Both the position numbers and the translations under genes were made by a program. This document shows positions 54,790-64,000 of a stretch of 64,000 nucleotides of DNA, piece by piece (within the stretch, counting starts at the first letter, position 1; every line of letters begins with the position of its first letter). Location: contig OZ024740.1 of the NCBI GenBank assembly GCA_964016885.1, forward strand, positions 174,034,001-174,098,000, given 5' to 3'. Below the pieces are notes generated by a model that did not search any database, was not told the DNA's origin, and saw only the letters and a list, made by a program, of their open reading frames with translations. This stretch comes from Eledone cirrhosa. Its lineage: Eukaryota.

Positions 54790-57700
54790 CAGGGCAAGTG
54801 CCCTCTCCCAGTTTTCCACCTTTAATTTACAGACACATACTCAGAGTAGGCCCATTCACTCGGGCCATACTTGCTTCTCTCACCCATCTTTCAACAAAAT
54901 GCTGGGAAGAGAGCACTTCCCTCTCTACCCTGATTTTCCTTTTCAAATGAAATTTGAAAAAGTTAATCAGGGCATCACCGAAGAGGTAAGTGCTCGTCTT
55001 CAGCCCTTTCAAACGTGTCCACCATACTATCTCTTTCGCCATGGCCACCAGACAGATAAAAACTGCCTGCCCTTCCCGGCTAAAGGAAGAGGGCGGGCAA
55101 TCCTCACGATGGACTCAGCTGATAGCTGGATCCGTCCTACACGTGACAGAAGGTGTTCGACATAAGCCCACAAGTCAGCAATGCTCGGACACTGGACGAG
55201 TGCGTGCAGGACGGTTTCGTCGCCCTGCGCGCATCTCGGACATGCCCGGCTGACGGCACCTCCATGCCTGTAGAGTTTATCCCGAACTGGCAAAGCTCCT
55301 CGGTAGCACTGCCAGGCCAGGGATTTCTGGATGTTGTCCATAGGCCCCGGCCTGAAAGTCCTTCCGAAGAGATTGGCTAGTTGATTTTCGTCGACGCCTA
55401 GAGTTTCTCCAAGTACGTCGTCGCTCTTCCTCTCCACTAATCCTCTATAGAACGCCAAGGTGGAGTTTCCACCGATCACATTGCCCAATTGGTCGAGGGC
55501 TGTGAGCGCCTGAAGACATTTCAGTCTCCAGGCGCTCCCTCTCGGTCTTCGCTTGACCCAGGACTGCAGCTCCGTCAAGGAGACGAGCTGGGGAAAGACG
55601 TGTCTAGCAAACAGCGACCACACCTGATCACCGTCGAGGAAGAGGTGGAGATGTCGTAGCCTGAGCGCGTGTCTGCGCATCATCAGCCACGGCATGCCCA
55701 GCCCTCCACGTAGCGGGTGTTGACAGCAGATGGACCGCCTGACCATCGGAGCGCGTCCCTTCCACAAAAAGCGAAAGAGCTAACGCTCCAGCGCAGTCAG
55801 GCGGCGCTTAGGACAAGGTACGACGGTCAGGCGGTAGTAGATGACGGAAGCGATGTACGCGTTAGCCACCTGCGCTCGACCTTTCAGGGATAGCTTCCTC
55901 TCCGCCCATTTCTGGGTGAGAGAAGCCACCCTGCTCGTCACCTCGTCCCAGCTTTTGTCCGTCTGGAGGTCCGGACCGAACCAGAGCCCTAGCAATTTAA
56001 CCGGTCCGTCCGTCCAGCGCCCGACGACGCTGTTGGACGGCATAGAAATGCCTCTCCAGGTGCCGAGCTGCAGGCCCACTGACTTTTCCTGGTTGATCAT
56101 TGCTCCTGTCACCACTTCGTATTCTCTTAGTGTAGTGCCGATCGCCTCGATGTGTTTGGCGTTCGACACCACTACGGTGACATCGTCCGCATATGCTGAC
56201 ACGGATCTTCCGCATCCTAGTTCGCGCGGGACCCCCCTAAACGTCTCCAGTTTGTGCAGTAATGGCTCGAGAGTCAATACGTACAAGAGTGACGAGAGGG
56301 GACATCCTTGGCGGACCGAGCGCATGATGTTGAACGGTTCCGAAAGGTGACCGTTCACTCTCACCACAGAGCAGATGTCGCTGTGCATGGCAGCGATCCA
56401 GCCTCTGAAGACGGGCCCAAAGCCAGCCGCCCTCAGGACTGCCGCTAGGTAACGATGGTCGACCCTATCGAAAGCTTTCGACTGATCTAAATTGATCAAG
56501 GACCCACCCGTGCCAGGTTCCCTAGCTACCCTCTCTACGATGTATCGCATGAGGTGGAGGTTATCGTGGATGGATCTGTCGGGAATGGCGCACGTCTGCG
56601 CCTCTCCCACCAGACCACCAACGACAAGCGCCAACCTCTTTGCTAGCACCTTGGCCACACTCTTGAACTCTGTGTTTAGCAGAGTTATGGACCTGAAATT
56701 ATCTATGTTATCCCCATTGTTCGGATCCTTTCTCAGCAGCGCCACAGCTCCTCGGCTCACAGAGCTGGGAATTCTCCCGTTCTGTTGCCAGTTGCAGTAG
56801 ACGTCCGCCAAGAGGCCTCCGAACAAGTCTGGCATCTGTAAGTAAAGTTCATAGGGCAGACCATCCAAACCAGGCGATTTACCCCTGGTGCAGCCAGTCA
56901 TTGCCTCCCGTACTTCAGCGGCTGTTATCGGCTTTTCGCAACACTCCGCCTCAGTGGCCGAGAGCCGCGGCAGTTCGTCGAGGTAGATACTAAAGTCCAT
57001 CCCTCGATTCGTCCCGCCGCTGCCCCCGAACAGCTGGGCGAAGTGTCGCTGGAAAGCTTCACACATTTGCCCGGGATCGAGTAGCATGCGCCCGTCGTGG
57101 TCAACCAAAGACCGGATCGTGGCTTTGTTGCCACGACGCGCCTCCGCCACTCGGGCCCATTGAACGGCTTTCGTCCCCCCGTGTCTGAGAGCACGCACCC
57201 TAGCTCTGACAACGCAGCCTTCGTGCTTTGCATTGAAGAATTGGTCAAGGGCCAATTTCGCCGCAAGTACGTCGGTCACGATGCCTTTGCTAAGCGCCTC
57301 GTCTAATTTTCTAACTAGTTTTCCCTCTGCTTTATTTTTCTCTATTGCTAAAGCCTTACTAAATCTAATGGACTCTATTCTAATCGCTCTTTTCAGAGCA
57401 AACCACCACTTGTTGTTGACGATGGCCCTCGTCAACGCCCGCTTAACTAGTTCGCTAATCCGGTCTCTGTAGGCCTTGCGCGCTGGTAAGGACGCGTTTA
57501 GCTTCCAGTAGCCGGGTCCTCGTCTATGAAGCCTATCTAAGTCAAGCACACAGATCACGAATTTGTGGTCCGTGTAGCTGACTATCTTGAATTGTGGACA
57601 GCCTATGCTAGACCTATCTATTTCCCTACAAAATACTCTATCTAGATATGATCAGGATGACCCTATGCGATTTGTCCAAGTCCACATTGGCACATTCGGG

Positions 57701-58244
57701 AAATCCAATCGGTACCTGTCAGACAGTTCAAAACGCCTGAGCAGGTTGGTGAGGCTCTTGCACCCTCCTCCCCTATCCGCTAATCCCACACAGTCTCAGT
57801 GTGCATCTAAGATCCCGTTCCAGTCGCCCACTAACATTAAAGAACGGGACGTTCCAAGAAAGGTCTCCAGACGCCGGAAGAAATCAGGCCTCCCTGCTCC
57901 TGTCGGGGCATAGACGGCCACTAGCCTGAAAGCTTGCCCGTCTCCGCTGGTCACGTCTAGCACCACCAACTTACATTCTGGGTCCAGGAAGATGGCCCGT
58001 ATGGCGAGATCCAAACCTCTCCGAAAAAGCACAGCAAATCCTACCCCGATCCCGGACGGCTGGGAGATGCGTACACATCGTAGCCGCCGAAGATCGGTGC
58101 GAAGGCCCGTGCTTCGGAGATTCTGGTCTTGCTGATGGCCACTACATCTATGTTTAGTGACCTGAGGTCGTTGAGCAGGTGGCCCTGCTTCCATGACGAC
58201 CCCAAGCCACGTGCATTTATGCTGCCTATTCTGAGTGAGGTCAT
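54790..58244 (-). pseudogene. Tx1-like ORF2 (APE-RT-CCHC), disrupted
   Basis: SINARGL, VYAP, VGDWN, YWKLN, KSPGLDGLPYE, LDQSKAFDRVDH, VRQGCPLS, AYADDV, CPRCAQGDETVLHALVQC; several stops/frameshifts; 3' end approximate. Confidence 0.9.
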
Positions 58245-58559
58245 GTTGAAATGGAGTGGAAAAGATGGGAAAGACCACTTACCTTACTTCTCGTAGAGGA
58301 AGGATGGTTTGTCCATCCTTTTCACTGCTTATGGCCTCCTCCGGAAGGATGTCCTTATAAATCCTCCTGGAGAGTGTTTGTCGGAAGTCTCCGATGTCTT
58401 TGGGGAATTTTTGTTTTAGTGTCGTGTACGTTTTCTGTGTGATGCGAGTGATTTGTATGTGTGGAGGTGGTGTGAACTTTTGGGTTGTTATGTAGTCTTT
58501 TTCTGTGATGCTGGTGTTGTGTTGGATGTAGTGTAATAATTGGTTGTTGTTCATATTTA

Positions 58560-60080
58560 ATGCTGTGTAGTGTGTATCGTTTTGGTTGTTTTGTTTTGTT
58601 TACGTTTGTTGTGGGTTTGTTTCTGTTTCGCTTTTTGGTGACTTTTGTGGTGTAGGTGAAGGTGGTGTTGGGGTTAATGAGGGTGATGGTGTTCGTGTTT
58701 GTGGTGATGGGGTTGGTGATGCTGGTGTGGATGGTGGCATATCTGTCCTAACTTTTTTGTTTGATAGTTTATTTGCTTCCTCTGTATTTTGTTTTTGGAG
58801 GGGGAAGGAAGAGAATTTTTTCTTTTTTGGTTTCTTTTTTTCTTTTTTCCTGATACCGTTTCCCACTCCTCGTCGTCACAATCTGTATCCAGTTGTGATA
58901 GGCCGGGGAGTGGAAAATCCTCCACAGGCGTTGGTTTTGGTTGTGGCGTGGTGGATGGTATAGGCGCTGGTGCTAGTTCTGGCGCGTTGAGTGGTGGTGG
59001 TGTTGGTTTTGCTACTGTTGCTGCGGTTGTTGCTGTTACAGTTGCTTTTGTTGTTGCTGCTACAGTTGTTGCTGCCATCTCTGCTGCTGGTGGTGTTGAT
59101 GGTTGAGTCACTGGGGTGGGTAAGAGAGGTGGCCTCAACCCTTTAGCCTGAGGGCAGAAAGCCCTTAGGTGGGTTCCTTCACCACAAACGACACACCTAG
59201 GCCTTCTGCCCTCGACGATTACGGTAAGGTGGCTGCCGTCAGTGAGGTCTATTACCTCTGGGATCTCCTCAATGCTTTTTTCGTCTGCTTGGATCAGGAG
59301 CTCCATCCCAGATCCGGACCAGTTCTCCTGCTTTTCTTTCGCTATTTCGATTATCTTGGTGTTGGCTTTGATGCCGGCGAGGACGGCAGCTATTAGCCAG
59401 GGAATTTCGATGGCCGGTGGAACGTGGGTCACCCTGATCTTTACGAGTCTCTGGCCACAATAGCTTGGGACGAGTGTGAAGTCGTCAGTTCTTAATGGGG
59501 CCATGAAGTGTTCTCTAGCCTCCTGTGGTGTTTCAAAGAACACGTCTACGGTTCCATATTTCTGCCCACGTCTGATGTGGGTTTTTTTGCCCACACATGT
59601 CCCAAAGCTTTTGGATTTGGGACTCGGATGCCCGTTCCACTCGGCGCGATTTTATATTAATTGTTCGATAAGACACGGTGCATAGGCGCCGATGCTCCAT
59701 TTTATTAGGGGGGTGACCCTGTACCCATCTTTCTTTACCATTTTTTTGGCTTCTTCTAATTCCTCATGAGTTACCTGAAATGCTTCGCACTGTTTTGCTA
59801 CTCTGGCAAAACTCAGGGTGGTTTTCTTAATGTCATTGTTGCTGTTGTTGTTATCGTTATTTTTGTTATTATTAATTTTAGTTTCAGTTGTGGTGGTGGT
59901 GGTGGCGTCAGTGGTGTTCGGTGTGGAAGAGTTCATTTTGGTTGAATTCATTTCGATATCACGAGTTAATTTATTTTTTTCTTTTGTTTCTGTTGTCGCT
60001 GTGGTGGTGGTGGTGGGGGTGGCGGCTTTAACACCTGCAGTCATTGGTAATGGCGGGAAATGAATGTCTGCCTGAGACAA
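58560..60080 (-). pseudogene. Tx1-like ORF1 (gag-like zinc knuckle), frameshifted
   Basis: SFARVAK, EGRRPRCVVCGEGTHLRAFC (CX2CX4HX4C), EWETVSGKKKK. Confidence 0.8.
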
Positions 60081-60410
60081 ATTAAAAATATTGCTACTGC
60101 TTATATTTTTAGTGTTGGCAAACGTAGTAATATTTACAATGTTGATGTCGGTGTGAGGTGTTAGTTTGTGAGGAAGGAGTGACTTTCAGTCGTCCATGAT
60201 TTTTCAAAGAAAAATTTTTGTTTGATAATTATAAAAGTTTAAATTTTGGGCTCAAGGCCCCAATCTTTTTGGGTGTCCTTTTCAGATAACAATGTATGTG
60301 CACTTATATTCAGTTAACAATAAAACATTCCATAAATGGCAATTTTAAACAACTGAAAATAACAAACCATTGCGGAGCTCACGATGATACGATTTACTAC
60401 GTAGGTCGCC

Positions 60411-60449
<39 letters not shown>

Positions 60450-60451
<2 letters not shown>

Positions 60452-61367
60452 TGCTCAGAACTGTACTGAAGGAGGGGACAGTAGGCCAGGGGATGTCCAA
60501 GGAGGAAATAACATCAAGGAGGAAGAGCAGCCTTAAGGGAAAATCCCTTCATAGTACCTTCTTTGAGAAAACTGAATTTAGAGATCCACAGACATGGAAC
60601 TGGTTGAGAAGAGGAGACCTCAAAAAGGCTACAGAAGGAATGCTAATGGCTGCGCAGGAGCAGGCCCTCAAAACGAAGTGGTTGAAGCACCATATCTACA
60701 AGGAGGAGGCTAGCCCACTGTGCAGGATCTGTGGAGAGAGAGAGGAGACTGTGGCTCACATTGTGTCCGAGTGTAAACACCTAGCCCAGACCCACTATAA
60801 GGGCTGGAGACACGATGTGATGGGCAGGGTGATCCACTGGCACCTGTGCAAAGTAAACAATCTACCACATTCTGAGAAATGGTATGAGCATAGGCCAGAG
60901 GCGGTGATGGAGAACAGTCAGGTGAAGGTGCTGTGGGATTTTAGGATACAGACGGACAAAAAACTAGAACACAATAGACCTGACCTGGTGGTTGTGGACA
61001 AAGAAAAAAGATCGTGCCTGATTGTGGATGTGGCCTGCCCGTTCGACACGAGAGTGCAAGAGAAGGAGAGGGAGAAAATTAACCGATACCAGGACCTAAA
61101 GTGGGAGGTGAAAAGGATTTGGAACTGCCATGAAGTCAAAGTGATCCCGATTGTCATAGGCGCACTGGAGACTATCTCCAAAGGTTTCCAGGGATGGTTA
61201 AAGAAAATCGGCCTCTTCACGCTTTTTGGAACGCTTCAAAAGGCATGCTTGCTTGGAACAGCAAGAACCCTCCGATACGTCCTGAATATCTGAGGCTGCA
61301 GGTAGTGGCTTGATATTCAATCCAACGGACTTTCCAGTTAACCAACATCAATGACTGAGATTCAAGG
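60450..61367 (+). mobile_element. 5'-truncated R4/Dong-like RLE non-LTR retrotransposon
   Basis: Flanked by AAT repeats; encodes only the C-terminal domain. Confidence 0.85.
60451..61293 (+). CDS. CCHC finger + restriction-like endonuclease C-terminus (fragment)
   Basis: CRICGEREETVAHIVSEC, RHD, LWDF, NRPDLVV, IVDVACP, EKINRYQDL, PIVIGAL. Confidence 0.85.
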
Positions 61368-61388
61368 AATAACAATAACAATAATAAT

Positions 61389-61712
61389 GGTTTCTTTATT
61401 GGCCATAAGGGCCGACATGTAATGGAAATACAAAGACACAGACAGTGGGGGTTTACAATGATCTCAATTAAAAGTTCACAATGGCAACATTAATTTAACT
61501 ATGAAGATATAGAAATATAAAATAAACTATGCATAAATATAACAAAATAAAATCCCCAATAGGAGGGGGGTAGGCGCCCCAGGAGTGACTCAGGTACCCA
61601 ACTACTCCTGAACCACCCTGCGCTTCTAGGGCACCCGGGGAGAGCACCCCTCTCCTCCTCAAATTAGCCATCCTATAGGCGCATGGTCAGAGTAGGCCCA
61701 CTCACACGGGCC
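61389..61712 (-). mobile_element. Tx1-like 3' end fragment
   Basis: tttctttattggcc terminus and cagagtaggccca.tca segment similar to 54578-54870. Confidence 0.7.
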
Positions 61713-61847
61713 AATAATATTTCTACTTTTGCCACATGGCCAGCAATTACCTCAGTGCATTACTGGTGCTTCATTTGATCGACCTCGTAAGGATGAAAGG
61801 AAAAGTTAACCTCAGCGGCATTTTAACTCAGAACGTAAAGGGCAAAT

Positions 61848-62500
61848 TCTTTCTATATTGGCCACAAGGGCTGAAACATAGGGCAATGTAAAAGACAGGA
61901 GTGGTGGGGATTTACAAGAAAAAAGTGTGAAAACAAATAAAGCATAGCAATAAACGATAAATTACAACGATAAAAATTCCCTAATAGGAGGGAGCAGCCC
62001 CCAGAAGTAACTTAGGAACACCACAAATCCTAAAACACCACAATCTCCAAGGGTACTATAAGAAGGTGTCCCTCTACTGAGCCACTGCTACGGAAGCTGC
62101 AGTTGCTGCAGGACATCCCGCACGAACCAGAACGGGGAATGACGTCATATGCAGATGTCGTTACCACGATGGTGTTAGTCACCTCAAAAATCGAGGTGGT
62201 CGGCAACTTCTTGGAGAAATATGAAAGATTGACGGGAGCAAAAATCTACCCGTTTAACAGCGTCGTCGAACAATAGACTGACAGACAGGTGAAGTTATTT
62301 GGGGTCAGGTTGGGTTGAGGTAATGAGTAGTGTGGCCACTCTCACTCAAAATTGACCGAGAGAAATCTATCGCGGAAAGGTCAGACAGAAGTGGTTAACA
62401 CGTACATTGCGTGTCATCTATTATTGCTTGACCGTCGTACCATGCTCTCGTTAGCGCCTAACCAAATTGTAGCTTCTGCTCTTCAACTTCTTGTGGAAGG
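61848..62500. mobile_element. Tx1-like 3' end (-) joined to an inverted RT fragment (+)
   Basis: 3' UTR similarity at 61848-62090; SYADVVT..YERLTGAKI and TERNLSRKGQTEVVNTYIA on +. Confidence 0.65.
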
Positions 62501-62509
62501 AACAGAAGT

Positions 62510-63430
62510 AGCGACGAAACATGAACAGAACCAAAAATTGCTTTCTGTCTTCAAGGAAGCCAAACAATTCAAAGAGAAGCCGTATTAACAGATAACTGAG
62601 GAAAATGAGAATAAAAAAGAACTAAAGACAGAAATTGTAAAAAGCAAAATCTAAATTATAAACAGACTTCCAGAATGCTATGTTAAAACGATGGCAACAA
62701 AAACATTGCCAATACACGAAAAAACTGAATTGAGAGGAAGTAGAGAAGTAAAACCCACAAAACTGGCTACGAAGAACTAGACTAAAAGCAGAGATTAAAA
62801 GCAGAGGCGGCAGGATGTCTAATTGCAACATAAGATCAGAGCTCCACCCTCCCAAGAAACCACCAGAAATATATAATGAAGTAGAACACAGTAAGTAACT
62901 GCAGAATATGTCGAGGTGGGGAAGAAACAATTAACCATATTATCTTTGGCTGCCCAGTCTTAGCCAAAAAGGAATATATCCACAGACGTGATAGAGTTGG
63001 ATTTACATACACTGGAAGCATTATTAAATATCAACAATAAATGGTTTCAGAATATGATAAAGCAAACATTCTCTGAGGTATGCCAATGCACGTGAACATG
63101 GAGATTAAAGCCAACTGACCGGACATTATATGCATTGATGCATCAATCTTCACAAACGACAATATATCTACCAAAGAGATGAAGAAACTATCCAAATATA
63201 AAGATCGAGAGAGAGAAATAATTCGAATGTGTATGAGGAAAACAGAAACAATACCCATGATAATAGGCTGGGAATGATAAAAAACCCACACAGACATATT
63301 CATAGCCCAAACCTCAGGACTTACAAAACATACAAAAATTGCACTATTAGGCACTGCACACATATTACAAAACGTATTCTTAATAAAATAGAAACAATGC
63401 CATAAAAAAACCACACAGCGTGTGCTCAGT
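62510..63430 (+). mobile_element. Decayed R4/Dong-like RLE remnant
   Basis: CRICRGGEETINHIIFGCPVLAKKEYIHRRD, EKLSKYKD and KIALLGTAHIL pieces. Confidence 0.75.
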
Positions 63431-63480
63431 GATGCAGTGACGATGTTCAGTAAACATAAGACTTCTACTACTAATAATAA

Positions 63481-63660
63481 TGGTTTCTTTACTGGTTTCT
63501 AGGGCCGAAAAACTAAGGACAATATAAATAATCAGGGACAGTAGGAATTTGTATAAAACTAATACACAGAATAAAACCCGAGATAAACAAATAAATTCAA
63601 AACAACAGAATTCCCCTATACGATGAGAATTACCCAGGGGTAATTTACGAGAACAATCTG
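63481..63660 (-). mobile_element. Tx1-like 3' UTR remnant
   Basis: aataataatggtttcttta junction, as at 61389. Confidence 0.5.
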
Positions 63661-64000
63661 CAAAACATTCAATGTTTACTTACAATCGATTATATGGCAA
63701 TGTGCATGGAGTCTTATAGTATAATAAAATGAAACGCAATGAAATATTCCAATAGGGTTTTAGCCAATTGAGGCCAATCAACTAACCTCACAGTTCTCAA
63801 TATGCGATCTATAATGGCAATATTATATAGGCATGTAATATGAATCTCAAAGACCATGCCTTTTCTTTAATGACAGAGGAAACTTTGATTTTTCTTCAAC
63901 TGAAGATAGCGAGTTCAGTTTTTACATCTACCTCTCTTCTTCTGATGACCTGTTGCTGGAGCTGGTGTATTACTGCACGAGCTCCAGCAATTCTTCTGGA

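Larger units (their letters stand above)
54578..60410 (-). mobile_element. Full-length Tx1/L1-clade LINE in an (AAT)n tract
   Basis: ORF1 and ORF2 on -, AAT repeats at both ends, aataaa just before the 3' (TTA)n tail. Confidence 0.92.

Noticed and set aside
55841-57913. Plus-strand ORFs over the LINEs (also 14445, 16647)
   Set aside because: Antisense shadows of GC-richer RT coding sequence.

Overview
AT-rich, microsatellite-dense eukaryotic DNA. The repeat families resemble those of coleoid cephalopods, probably octopus (inference from recalled SINE/LINE motifs, not from a search). No host protein-coding gene could be supported; most short ORFs are microsatellite translations. Recognisable elements: two Penelope-like elements (PLEs), namely a decayed Neptune-type copy on - and a 5'-truncated copy on + with an uninterrupted RT+GIY-YIG frame; a near-full-length RTE LINE; a full-length Tx1/L1-type LINE; R4/Dong-type RLE fragments; a deleted mariner; a Helitron 3' end; several MITEs; and many SINEs. 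The main unexpected signal is a set of short non-coding elements, mostly inserted in (TA)n tracts, that carry type I hammerhead ribozyme (HHR) motifs, usually with palindromic stem III, and often have long fold-back arms. The best case is a 523-bp tandem array at 39.5-41.1 kb with one HHR per unit plus an inverted copy, a retrozyme-like and potentially circular-RNA-producing structure. The PLE at 23-26 kb ends in the same type of HHR and is a candidate mobiliser. All ribozyme calls are manual folds; activity is untested.
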